Source: a virus
Taxonomy: Duplodnaviria > Heunggongvirae > Uroviricota > Caudoviricetes
Reading direction: 5' to 3' (one strand)
DNA length: 13,986 nucleotides
Virus record (IMG/VR): IMGVR_UViG_2609459823_000005
The notes beneath the pieces are model-generated. The model made no database searches and was not told the DNA's origin. It was given only the letters and a program-made list of their open reading frames with translations. This document shows positions 1-8,343 of this stretch, in pieces. Every line of letters starts with the position of its first letter. The first letter of the stretch is position 1. Made by a program: the position numbers and the translations under genes.

Positions 1-732
1 GAGCGGCTAAAACTGGAGATTAAGGTGGCACATATCCGCACTCGCGAAACATATGGAACCCGGCGGCTCCAGACGGAGCTGGCAGAGAATGGCATCATCG
101 TTGGTCGTGACCGACTGGCACGTCTTCGTAAGGAGCTAAGGCTACGCTGTAAGCAGAAACGCAAGTTCAGAGCGACTACGAACCCGAACCACAATCTGCC
201 AGTTGCGCCAAATCTGCTGAACCAGACGTTCGCTCCTACAGCACCAAATCAGGTCTGGGTGGCGGACCTGACGTATGTTGCCACACAGGAGGGATGGTTG
301 TACCTCGCTGGCATCAAAGATGTTTATACGTGCGAAATTGTCGGCTACGCCATGGGAGAGCGCATGACAAAAGAGCTGACAGGTAAAGCCCTGTTTATGG
401 CGCTCAGGAGCCAGCGCCCACCTGCCGGGCTAATCCACCACTCTGATCGAGGTTCACAGTACTGCGCATACGATTACCGGGTCATACAGGAGCAGTTTGG
501 TCTGAAAACATCAATGTCGCGTAAAGGTAACTGTTACGACAACGCTCCGATGGAAAGCTTCTGGGGAACGCTGAAAAATGAGAGCCTGAGCCATTATCGT
601 TTTAATAACCGGGATGAAGCCATCTCAGTAATACGGGAATACATTGAGATTTTCTACAATCGTCAGCGTCGTCACTCTCGTCTGGGGAATATCTCCCCGG
701 CAGCCTTCAGGGAAAAAAAGAACAAATGGTAG
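1..732 (+). CDS. IS3-family transposase OrfB (DDE integrase), 5'-truncated by the window edge
   Basis: The reading frame is open from base 1 (the track's Met at 25 is internal) to TAG at 730-732. DDE-type motifs are visible: WVADLTYV, HHSDRGSQY and CYDNAPMESFWGTLKNE, with a C-terminal ISPAAF typical of IS3-family OrfB. The specific IS name is not recognised with certainty. Confidence 0.85.
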   Translation, partial: ERLKLEIKVAHIRTRETYGTRRLQTELAENGIIVGRDRLARLRKELRLRCKQKRKFRATTNPNHNLPVAPNLLNQTFAPTAPNQVWVADLTYVATQEGWLYLAGIKDVYTCEIVGYAMGERMTKELTGKALFMALRSQRPPAGLIHHSDRGSQYCAYDYRVIQEQFGLKTSMSRKGNCYDNAPMESFWGTLKNESLSHYRFNNRDEAISVIREYIEIFYNRQRRHSRLGNISPAAFREKKNKW

Positions 733-780
733 TGTCCGCTATTGCCAGTACACCTCATAATGAGGTCGAATTACTGCGCA
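1..780 (+). mobile_element. IS3-family insertion sequence, right-hand portion; right terminal inverted repeat not precisely located (somewhere in ~733-800)
   Basis: The transposase orfB ends at 732 and IS3-family elements usually carry a few tens of bp after orfB ending in ...CA (a CA occurs at 779-780). The boundary is an estimate because the left end is outside the window and no IR comparison is possible. Confidence 0.5.
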
Positions 781-1064
781 TTGAATTTTTTTCATAAAAA
801 AAGCATATATCCATTTGATTTGGCATTTGTTTTTTTCGTGTTTCTTATGAGTCATTTTCGCGTTTTTTTTTGAAACGGCTCAATAATGCCAAATCAACGT
901 ATAAGAAATAAACGGAACAGAACGCCTCACTTTAATGGTTTGAGATTTTTCTTGTTTCCGTATTGGTTTAAGCAGAAAATGTGTTTCTTAACATTTAGTG
1001 CTTGGTAATGATTCTCAGTTGCACTACCGAGTGCCCTATTAATGAAATCGTTGGACGTTACGCA

Positions 1065-1103
1065 CAGCACACTGGTAGCTAATGAGCCAGGGGCGGTAGC
1101 GTG
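1065..1103 (+). promoter_or_regulatory. JUMPStart 39-bp element containing the ops site (GGCGGTAGCGTG at 1092-1103); RfaH-dependent antitermination signal
   Basis: The sequence cagcacactggtagctaatgagccaggggcggtagcgtg matches the conserved JUMPStart element found upstream of enterobacterial polysaccharide operons, and its 3' end matches the ops consensus GGCGGTAGnnTG exactly. It sits about 90 bp upstream of the rmlB start. Confidence 0.85.
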
Positions 1104-1192
1104 CCTTGTTTTTGAATCAATGCCCTGGCTTGAATTTTGCATGTCGGTGCCACAGTAACAACTCGCAAACGCAAAGTAGATGGAATAAACTC

Positions 1193-2281
1193 GTGAAAAT
1201 ATTGGTCACAGGTGGGGCAGGTTTTATTGGATCTGCTGTCGTCCGTAATATCATTAAGAATACTCAGGATTCTGTAGTTAATGTTGATAAATTAACCTAT
1301 GCGGGCAATCTTGAATCGCTGGTTGAAATCGAAAACAGCGCCCGTTATGCTTTTGAATGTGCAGACATTTGTGATGCTGAGGCGATGTCGCGTATTTTCG
1401 CCACTCACCAGCCTGATGCTGTTATGCATCTGGCTGCAGAAAGCCATGTAGATCGCTCGATCACCGGCCCTGCTGCTTTTATTGAGACAAATATCGTGGG
1501 CACCTATGTGCTGCTTGAAGCCGCACGTAAATACTGGTCTCAACTTGATGAAACAAGTAAAGCCGCGTTCCGCTTTCATCATATTTCAACGGACGAAGTC
1601 TACGGCGATTTGCCGCATCCTGATGAAGTCCCCGCTGGCACCGCCTTGCCGCTGTTTACCGAGAAAACCCCTTATTCTCCCAGCAGTCCGTATTCCTCAT
1701 CGAAAGCGTCAAGTGACCATTTAGTACGTGCATGGCGCCGTACTTACGGCTTGCCGACCCTGGTGACGAATTGCTCAAATAACTATGGCCCATACCATTT
1801 CCCTGAAAAACTTATTCCGCTGATCATTCTTAATGCATTAGCTGGTAAGCCGTTACCGGTGTATGGCAATGGCGAGCAAATTCGCGACTGGCTATTTGTT
1901 GAAGATCATGCACGCGCCTTATATAAGGTCGTCACTGAGGGGGTTGCGGGTGAGACTTACAATATCGGTGGTCACAATGAGCGTAAGAATATTGAAGTCG
2001 TAAATACTATTTGTACTATTCTGGACGAAATCATTACTGCGAAACCTAATAATATTAGTAGCTTTGCAGAATTAATTACTTATGTCACCGACCGTCCGGG
2101 CCATGATCTGCGTTACGCCATTGATGCGAGCAAAATAAAAGATGAACTGGGCTGGGTACCGCAGGAGACTTTTGAATCAGGTATCCGCAAAACGGTTGAA
2201 TGGTATTTGACTAACCAGGACTGGTGGCAGCGTGTGATGGATGGATCATATGCTGGTGAACGCCTGGGGCTCGCAGAATAA
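1193..2281 (+). CDS. rmlB: dTDP-glucose 4,6-dehydratase
   Basis: Preferred start is the in-frame GTG at 1193, giving [14 protein letters not shown] (Rossmann GxxGxxG) and a length of ~362 aa. The catalytic YSSSK (YxxxK) and other blocks ([21 protein letters not shown]) closely resemble E. coli RfbB as recalled. The track's ATG at 1106 is rejected because that extension overlaps JUMPStart/ops. Confidence 0.92.
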   Translation: MKILVTGGAGFIGSAVVRNIIKNTQDSVVNVDKLTYAGNLESLVEIENSARYAFECADICDAEAMSRIFATHQPDAVMHLAAESHVDRSITGPAAFIETNIVGTYVLLEAARKYWSQLDETSKAAFRFHHISTDEVYGDLPHPDEVPAGTALPLFTEKTPYSPSSPYSSSKASSDHLVRAWRRTYGLPTLVTNCSNNYGPYHFPEKLIPLIILNALAGKPLPVYGNGEQIRDWLFVEDHARALYKVVTEGVAGETYNIGGHNERKNIEVVNTICTILDEIITAKPNNISSFAELITYVTDRPGHDLRYAIDASKIKDELGWVPQETFESGIRKTVEWYLTNQDWWQRVMDGSYAGERLGLAE

Positions 2282-2296
2282 AATCGTAAGGACGGA

Positions 2297-3172
2297 ATGA
2301 TGAAAGGTATTGTATTAGCTGGCGGTTCTGGAACTCGTCTTTATCCGATTACTCAGGGTGTGTCAAAACAGTTATTGCCTGTTTATGACAAGCCGATGGT
2401 TTTTTACCCAATATCAGTTCTAATGTTGGCAGGTATTCGTGACATTTTGATTATCACGACGCCGGAAGATATGGCCGCGTTTCAACGCCTGTTGGGAGAC
2501 GGCTCTCAATTTGGTATTCGCCTTTCCTATACTGTCCAACCTTCGCCGGACGGTTTAGCGCAGGCATTTATTCTGGGTGAAGAGTTCATTAATAATGAAC
2601 CTTGTGCTCTGGTGCTGGGCGACAATATCTATTTTGGTCAGAGTTTTGGTAAAAAACTCGAGGTTGCCTCTCAGTTGACCCAAGGTGCGATGGTATTCGG
2701 TTATAAAGTACAGGATCCTGAGCGTTTTGGTGTGGTTGAATTTGATGCGAACTACAAGGCATTGTCCATTGAAGAAAAACCACAGAAGCCAAAATCCAGT
2801 TGGGCAGTAACCGGTCTCTATTTTTACGACAAAAACGTTGTGGAAATGGCGAAGCAAGTCAAACCATCTGCTCGCGGTGAACTCGAAATTACGACACTTA
2901 ACCAAATGTATCTTGAACGCGGTGAGCTTCAGGTAGAGTTGCTCGGACGTGGTTTCGCATGGCTTGACACCGGCACACATGACAGTCTGGTTGAGGCTTC
3001 ACAGTTTATTCATACCATTGAAAAAAGGCAGGGTATGAAAGTCGCTTGCCTTGAAGAGATTGCGTTTCGCAATGGATGGATCGGCAGAGAACAACTTTTA
3101 GCGCAGGCAAAACTGTTCAGCAAAAATGATTATGGTAAGTATCTAAAAGTATTGGCTGGAGAACATGAATGA
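2297..3172 (+). CDS. rmlA: glucose-1-phosphate thymidylyltransferase
   Basis: The N-terminus [16 protein letters not shown](x)[13 protein letters not shown] is the nucleotidyltransferase signature, and the ~290-aa protein closely resembles E. coli RfbA. There are tandem ATGs at 2297 and 2300; the RBS aaggacgg (2288-2295) favours 2300. The stop overlaps the rmlC start (ATGA at 3169-3172). Confidence 0.92.
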   Translation: MMKGIVLAGGSGTRLYPITQGVSKQLLPVYDKPMVFYPISVLMLAGIRDILIITTPEDMAAFQRLLGDGSQFGIRLSYTVQPSPDGLAQAFILGEEFINNEPCALVLGDNIYFGQSFGKKLEVASQLTQGAMVFGYKVQDPERFGVVEFDANYKALSIEEKPQKPKSSWAVTGLYFYDKNVVEMAKQVKPSARGELEITTLNQMYLERGELQVELLGRGFAWLDTGTHDSLVEASQFIHTIEKRQGMKVACLEEIAFRNGWIGREQLLAQAKLFSKNDYGKYLKVLAGEHE

Positions 3173-3705
3173 ACGTCATTGACACTAAAATAAGCGATGT
3201 GAAGATTATTGAGCCAAAAGTCTTTGGTGATGAACGAGGGTTCTTTTTAGAAACATTTGAAAAAAAGAGATATCAAACCCTTTTGAATATCGATATGGAT
3301 TTTGTACAGGATAACCACTCACGTTCCAGCAAAGGCGTACTTCGTGGGCTTCACTTTCAGCGCAATAATCCTCAGGGGAAACTTGTTCGAGTAGTTCGTG
3401 GCGAAGTGTTTGATGTTGCTGTTGATATTCGTAAAGACTCACCAACCTATGGGGTGTGGGAAGGTGTAATTTTGTCAGAAACGAATAAAAAGCAATTCTG
3501 GATCCCACCGGGACTTGCTCATGGTTTCCTGGTACTCTCGGATATTGCTGATTTCGAATATAAATGTACCGACTATTATGATAGCAGTAGTGAAGGCTGT
3601 TTAATCTGGAATGATGAGCAAGTTGGGATTGCATGGCCAGTAATAGACGCTGAGATTAAACTTTCAGCAAAAGATGCTGTTGGTAAGTTACTGCGTGACC
3701 TATAA
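3169..3705 (+). CDS. rmlC: dTDP-4-dehydrorhamnose 3,5-epimerase family protein (RmlC-like cupin)
   Basis: The 178-aa protein has [11 protein letters not shown], the catalytic His in VLRGLHFQ, the GKLVR lysine, [10 protein letters not shown] and a Tyr in FEYK, which is the RmlC fold signature. Whether it performs a full 3,5-epimerisation or a single epimerisation cannot be told from sequence. Confidence 0.8.
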   Translation: MNVIDTKISDVKIIEPKVFGDERGFFLETFEKKRYQTLLNIDMDFVQDNHSRSSKGVLRGLHFQRNNPQGKLVRVVRGEVFDVAVDIRKDSPTYGVWEGVILSETNKKQFWIPPGLAHGFLVLSDIADFEYKCTDYYDSSSEGCLIWNDEQVGIAWPVIDAEIKLSAKDAVGKLLRDL

Positions 3706-3716
3706 GTTTTACTAAC

Positions 3717-3746
3717 AGGCGTAGATATTTTCTACGCCTATTTTTT
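3717..3746 (+). terminator. Intrinsic-terminator-like hairpin between rmlC and wzm
   Basis: A perfect 9-bp stem aggcgtaga (3717-3725) / tctacgcct (3731-3739) with a 5-nt loop is followed by a T-run at 3741-3746. A TATAAT hexamer at 3754-3759 lies just before the wzm start. Confidence 0.55.
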
Positions 3747-3760
3747 GAGGCGCTATAATA

Positions 3761-4540
3761 GTGTTTAATAGTTTCATTCAAGGCCTGATAAATTATCGTG
3801 TTGTACTAAAACAATTAATAAGACAACAAGTAACGCTCAGGTATCGCAGAACAATGTTCGGTTTTTTATGGACCCTGCTTAATCCTCTTCTGAATATGGC
3901 AGTAATAGCGACTGTCTTTTCAATCGTAATGAAATTTCAGATAAGAGACTACGCCATTTTTCTCTTCTCTGCAGTTATTCCTTGGACTATGTTTTCAAAT
4001 ATCATTTCACAATGTTCTAATTCATTGATAGCAAATGAAAATCTATTTAAAAAAATATACTTACCAAAACAGATATTTATAACCGCTAGCGCAGTATCTG
4101 TTTTTATTGATTCGCTTCTGAGTACTATCTGTTTATTCATCATTGCATATTTCTTTGGCGCAAAATTAAGTTTGGCATTGATGTTTCTTCCAGTTTCATT
4201 TGCGATCTTATTTATATTCGCTTATGGTTTGGGTCTGATTTTTTCTGTAGTTTCTGTTTTTTTGCGCGACATGCAGTATCTGATCGGTGTGATTTTGCAA
4301 GCTCTATATTTTATGACCCCTATCATATATCCCGTTGATGCTGTTCCGGAACAGTACAAATGGGTTTTTGCATGGAATCCTATGTACTATTTTGTTGATT
4401 TATTTAGGGATCCAATCTACAACAATCAATTCCCTCCAGCTTATTCATTACAGCTTTGTGCGCTGACTGCCATTATTTCACTTTTGGTTGGTTTGTATGT
4501 ATTTAAAGTAAATGACAAAAAAATTATCTTCAGGTTGTAG
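3761..4540 (+). CDS. wzm: O-antigen/polysaccharide ABC transporter permease (ABC-2 family)
   Basis: The N-terminal motif LRYRRTMFGFLWTLLNPLL is typical of Wzm/KpsM, and the rest of the 259-aa protein is strongly hydrophobic with multiple predicted TM segments. Start is assigned to GTG 3761 with GAGG at 3747-3750; the ATG at 3854 would remove the conserved motif. The 3' end overlaps the wzt reading frame. Confidence 0.82.
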   Translation: MFNSFIQGLINYRVVLKQLIRQQVTLRYRRTMFGFLWTLLNPLLNMAVIATVFSIVMKFQIRDYAIFLFSAVIPWTMFSNIISQCSNSLIANENLFKKIYLPKQIFITASAVSVFIDSLLSTICLFIIAYFFGAKLSLALMFLPVSFAILFIFAYGLGLIFSVVSVFLRDMQYLIGVILQALYFMTPIIYPVDAVPEQYKWVFAWNPMYYFVDLFRDPIYNNQFPPAYSLQLCALTAIISLLVGLYVFKVNDKKIIFRL

Positions 4541-4541
4541 T

Positions 4542-5291
4542 ATGGAATCTAAAATTATTTTTAAAAATGTCTCTCTCGTATTTGATGAACATCAGCAACG
4601 AGGTCTGACGTTCAAAGAGTTATTTGCACGCACTCTCTCCGGTCGGAATAACGCTATAAAGGCGAATAAGAGAAAAGCTTTGGATTCAATAAGTATCGAG
4701 ATAAACCATGGAGAGCGAATCGGTATTGTCGGAAGCAATGGGGCAGGGAAAAGTACGTTCCTAAAAACACTTTGTCGTATTTATGAGCCAACCTCTGGTG
4801 AAATAAGCATATCAGGTAATATTGCACCGTTACTTGAGATTGGGGCTGGATTTAATCCAGAACTAAGCGGAAGAGAAAATATATATTTGAATGGTGCAAT
4901 TCTGGGCCATAGTATTTCTGAGCTTAAAAGTTTGGAAGCAGAAATTATTTCATTTTCAGAATTAAGTGAATATATTGATACACCTGTCAAATATTATTCA
5001 ACGGGCATGTATCTTAAATTAGCATTTTCAATTGCGACGGCAATCAAGCCTGATATTTTAGTTTTAGATGAACTGTTTGCTGGCGGTGACGCGGAATTTG
5101 TTGCTAAAGCTAAAAAAAGAATGGAACATTTCATCGCGGAATCAAGCATTATGTTTTTTGTATCTCATCAATTAGATTTGCTGCAGGAATTATGTACCCG
5201 CGTAATATGGATCGACCATGGTAAATTAATTGCTGATGGTGTACCAGACAAGGTAATTGAAGCATATTTGAATAAAGGTCATCATGATTAA
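4542..5291 (+). CDS. wzt: O-antigen/polysaccharide ABC transporter ATP-binding protein, short form without a C-terminal carbohydrate-binding domain
   Basis: Walker A GIVGSNGAGKST, ABC signature YSTGMYLKL, Walker B ILVLDELFAGGD and an H-loop (FFVSHQ) are all present. The track ORF begins at ATG 4512, but ATG 4542 (MESKIIFKNVSL) immediately follows the wzm stop and gives a typical N-terminus. At ~250 aa the protein is a nucleotide-binding domain only. Confidence 0.85.
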   Translation: MESKIIFKNVSLVFDEHQQRGLTFKELFARTLSGRNNAIKANKRKALDSISIEINHGERIGIVGSNGAGKSTFLKTLCRIYEPTSGEISISGNIAPLLEIGAGFNPELSGRENIYLNGAILGHSISELKSLEAEIISFSELSEYIDTPVKYYSTGMYLKLAFSIATAIKPDILVLDELFAGGDAEFVAKAKKRMEHFIAESSIMFFVSHQLDLLQELCTRVIWIDHGKLIADGVPDKVIEAYLNKGHHD

Positions 5292-6045
5292 TATTATAAT
5301 AGTCAGCCATCAAAATTTAGCTGACATTGATAAAATTCTCACAGAACTTGCGGGTGAAAATGATTATTATACTATTTATGTTCGTGACAATGTTGCTGAT
5401 GAGAATTTGAAGCGCCTTTGTTCTGATTATAACGTCTCATATTGTTCTGGTATTCGCCGAGAAGGCTTTGCCCTTAATAATAATATTGCTGCCGAAAAAG
5501 TATTACACTCATGTGAAATAGCTGATGATGATTATTTCCTGTTTATGAATCCTGATGCATATATTATTCGCGACGAGCTGATCAAACTCTCAACTATTTT
5601 GAGCGAAAAAAAATACGATATGTTCACTGTTGATCTGTATAGTAATGATGAATATACAATAAGAGATCCTTCCATTCGATATTTTCCAACGCTAAAAACA
5701 TTTCTATCTTCTTTTTTATTTGATACTAACAAAAGTATTATTAACAGGGATGCCATTCATCAAGATTTCGACCTGGATTGGTGTGCTAGCTCATTCTTTG
5801 GCGTTAAAGTTGGTTTGTTTAAAAGACTTAATGGCTTTGATTCCCGATTCTTTATGTATTGTGAAGATGTGGATATCTGTTACAGGGCTAAAAAATTAGG
5901 AGCCAAGCTTAGTTATATTGCAAATGTAAAAGCAATACACTACACTCAGAAAAATAGTAAAAAGATGCTCACTAAAAATTTTTATTGGCACGTTAAAAGT
6001 GCCATATTGTTTTTATGGAAAAAGCATACCCTGTCAAAAGGTTAA
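5284..6045 (+). CDS. GT2-family glycosyltransferase, WbbL-like dTDP-rhamnosyltransferase (candidate Rha to GlcNAc-PP-undecaprenol adaptor transferase)
   Basis: The 253-aa protein shares blocks with the E. coli WbbL rhamnosyltransferase as recalled from memory: IIIVSH, VRDN, DDDYFLFMNPDAY, DWCASSF, NGFD, FFMYCEDVDICYR, AIHY and WHVKS. The start overlaps the wzt stop by 8 bp. Confidence 0.6.
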   Translation: MINIIIVSHQNLADIDKILTELAGENDYYTIYVRDNVADENLKRLCSDYNVSYCSGIRREGFALNNNIAAEKVLHSCEIADDDYFLFMNPDAYIIRDELIKLSTILSEKKYDMFTVDLYSNDEYTIRDPSIRYFPTLKTFLSSFLFDTNKSIINRDAIHQDFDLDWCASSFFGVKVGLFKRLNGFDSRFFMYCEDVDICYRAKKLGAKLSYIANVKAIHYTQKNSKKMLTKNFYWHVKSAILFLWKKHTLSKG

Positions 6046-6050
6046 GATAA

Positions 6051-6944
6051 ATGTATTCTGTTGTGATGGGATTCCGCGAAAACTATAAACATTATGGGTA
6101 CACTACTCTTTTTTCTTTATTAACAAATAATAAAAACTCTTTTTTTTCAATCTATCTCCTTTCAGATAATCTGGATTTTGCATTTTTTAAAAAACTGGAG
6201 GATGTTTTTGCTTGCAAAATCATCCCTATTTCTATTTCGGCTGATCATATTGAAAATGTAAATTGTGGCTATCTTTCCTTTGGGACACTAATCCGCTTAT
6301 TAATCGGTGATTATCTTCCTGCTAATGTCGAAAAGGTTCTATACCTTGATGCTGATTTGATAATTGATGGCGATATTCATGAACTTCTTAATTATGAGTT
6401 AGGTTCACAGTATGCGGCAGTCGTAAGATCGAGTGCTCCTTATAAGCATCTCAAGGACATTAGGATAACATCCGAGCAGTACTTTAATGCGGGGGTGATA
6501 CTTTTTAATATGGAGATGTGTAGAAAAGATGATATTTTCATAAAAAGCCTTGATTTGTTAAAACGGAATAATTTTAAATATTTAGATCAAGATGCACTTA
6601 ATATTGCAATGGTAAACAATGTAAAATATGTTGATTCTAAATGGAATTTCGACTCATTTAGAGCAAAAACAATCTTACTTGATAGGAGTTATGCAAATAA
6701 ATACCCTGCAATAGCAATTTATCATTTTACAGGGCGTGACAAACCATGGTTTAAACATTGCATCAACCAGTATCAGAGTATTTATCTTCGTTATTTCGCT
6801 GAAATTCTAGGCTATGATGTTATCAATAATAAAAATAAATTTCAGTATTTTAAATTTAAACTGATTAAATTCTTATTCAGTAACTTTGTAACCCGTAAAA
6901 TTATTTACCATTTAAGAAACTATATTCGGACTAATATTCACTAA
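6051..6944 (+). CDS. GT8-family retaining glycosyltransferase (RfaJ/RfaI/LgtC-like; alpha-hexosyltransferase)
   Basis: GT8 hallmarks are present: the DxD motif in LYLDADLIIDGD, FNAGVILFN, YLDQDALN and the C-terminal HFTGRDKPW (H-x-x-G-x-x-KPW). Length is 297 aa and the donor sugar cannot be assigned from sequence. Confidence 0.75.
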   Translation: MYSVVMGFRENYKHYGYTTLFSLLTNNKNSFFSIYLLSDNLDFAFFKKLEDVFACKIIPISISADHIENVNCGYLSFGTLIRLLIGDYLPANVEKVLYLDADLIIDGDIHELLNYELGSQYAAVVRSSAPYKHLKDIRITSEQYFNAGVILFNMEMCRKDDIFIKSLDLLKRNNFKYLDQDALNIAMVNNVKYVDSKWNFDSFRAKTILLDRSYANKYPAIAIYHFTGRDKPWFKHCINQYQSIYLRYFAEILGYDVINNKNKFQYFKFKLIKFLFSNFVTRKIIYHLRNYIRTNIH

Positions 6945-6953
6945 GGACATTTT

Positions 6954-8333
6954 GTGGAGACTATACAAATAGCCACTGGAGTAAGTCGTAACTTCTTTGA
7001 CCCATTGAGTGTCATGCTTACTTCCTTGCTTGAAAATAATCAATCACATAAAATCAATTTTCATGTTTTGCACAGTGATTTTACGGATGATGATGAAGAA
7101 AAATTTAGCCTTTTGTTTACTAAATATGAAAACCTGGGGCTTAAATTCATCAAGTTAGATGAATCTAAATTAGAAGGGCTTCCCCTTCTGCAACATTTCA
7201 AGATCTCAACGTATTTTCGAATTCTGGCGCCAGCTGTTTTAAGTGAATATGATAAACTCCTTTATCTCGATGCCGACATTATTGTTGACAATGATATTCT
7301 GGAATTATGGCAGACCGATGTCACCAACTATACCCTCGCAGCAGTTCGTGAAGAGAGTATTGTCGCGTTAGATAAACGTTTGAGAATGCCTGCCAATTAT
7401 AAGTATTTCAATGCTGGTGTTGTTGTATTAAATAGTAAAAAAATTCGAGAAGAAAATAAGTTCGGTCCTGTTATCGATTATCTAAAAGAAAATATCAATG
7501 AGATCCTTTATCTTGATCAGGATGCTTTAAATGCTATTCTCTACGATGAATGGTTAGAAATAGACGAGAAATGGAATTATCATAATACCTTTATCCTGAA
7601 AAAAAATAATAACAAAGAGCATATCTTATTAGATAAACCAGTTATTATTCATTATACTGGTCCAGTCAAACCATGGGATGCGGAAAGTTCACATATATTT
7701 AAAAGCCGCTATTGGCATTACAAGAAAATATTAACAGGGAGTGTCGATGAAATTAAAGCTGGTTTTAACATACATAGTACGCTTGCTAAAAGAATAATAA
7801 AATATGCATATAGAGTTATTCTTTCCAATTATTATTTAAGAAAGCTGATTCTTAAAACAAATACATCATTAAAGCAGAGTGAGCATTTTGCGAAATATTA
7901 TTTTAAGTTTAAGGAACGTTTTGCTCCTGCACCTCAGATAATGTCGTCATTCGAAGCGAAGTTAGTTCAAGTTGATGTACCACTTCTAGAATCAACCATG
8001 GATTATGGTTTTTTCAGTATAAGGGAGTTCTTGAACTATATACAAATTTCTGGATATGTTTTCAAAAAAGAGTTTTCTGATAGAAATACTAATAAATATT
8101 TTGTCTTGAGAAACAGTGTCGACCCTAATTTGCTATATTGTTTTAAACTTAACAGTCATGACCATGTTTGGATTAATGATATATATAATGATGGTAATGA
8201 CTATTCAAAAAGTGGGTTCTTTAATTTCATCGGCAAAAGAGAGCTTAAAAGTGGAAGGTATGAAGTTGGATTAATCGTCCAAAATTCAAAAGGTGTACAT
8301 TATAAAATGACTGACACTACAGTAATTATTTGA
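6954..8333 (+). CDS. GT8-family glycosyltransferase with an extra ~190-aa C-terminal extension (two-domain protein)
   Basis: The N-terminal ~260 aa carry the GT8 motifs LYLDADIIVDND, FNAGVVVLN, YLDQDALN and HYTGPVKPW. The C-terminal portion has no GT8 similarity and contains a block (ISGYVF ... LKSGRYEV) that is also seen in the next protein. Start is GTG 6954 with RBS AAGGA at 6943-6947. Confidence 0.75.
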   Translation: METIQIATGVSRNFFDPLSVMLTSLLENNQSHKINFHVLHSDFTDDDEEKFSLLFTKYENLGLKFIKLDESKLEGLPLLQHFKISTYFRILAPAVLSEYDKLLYLDADIIVDNDILELWQTDVTNYTLAAVREESIVALDKRLRMPANYKYFNAGVVVLNSKKIREENKFGPVIDYLKENINEILYLDQDALNAILYDEWLEIDEKWNYHNTFILKKNNNKEHILLDKPVIIHYTGPVKPWDAESSHIFKSRYWHYKKILTGSVDEIKAGFNIHSTLAKRIIKYAYRVILSNYYLRKLILKTNTSLKQSEHFAKYYFKFKERFAPAPQIMSSFEAKLVQVDVPLLESTMDYGFFSIREFLNYIQISGYVFKKEFSDRNTNKYFVLRNSVDPNLLYCFKLNSHDHVWINDIYNDGNDYSKSGFFNFIGKRELKSGRYEVGLIVQNSKGVHYKMTDTTVII

Positions 8334-8343
8334 CGAGGAATCC

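Noticed and set aside
786-802. T7-CAT-A7 palindrome (tttttttcataaaaaaa) downstream of the IS3-family orfB
   Set aside because: It is an AT-only, low-stability hairpin; it may simply be AT-rich target or IS-end sequence and gives no specific functional signal.
780-1064. Search for a clear sigma-70 promoter for the O-antigen operon
   Set aside because: Several weak TTGxxx / TAxxxT combinations exist (for example TTGATT at 815-820), but none has both a good -10 and 16-18 bp spacing, so no confident promoter call can be made without transcription start mapping.
927-1142. 71-aa minus-strand ORF in the region upstream of rmlB
   Set aside because: It has no recognisable motifs and overlaps the JUMPStart element, so it is most likely a chance ORF in non-coding leader DNA.
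1106-1192. Upstream ATG (1106) extension of the rmlB ORF, adding 29 residues ([29 protein letters not shown])
   Set aside because: The extension overlaps the JUMPStart/ops element, has no RBS and no homology to RmlB; the GTG at 1193 gives the canonical [15 protein letters not shown]-terminus.
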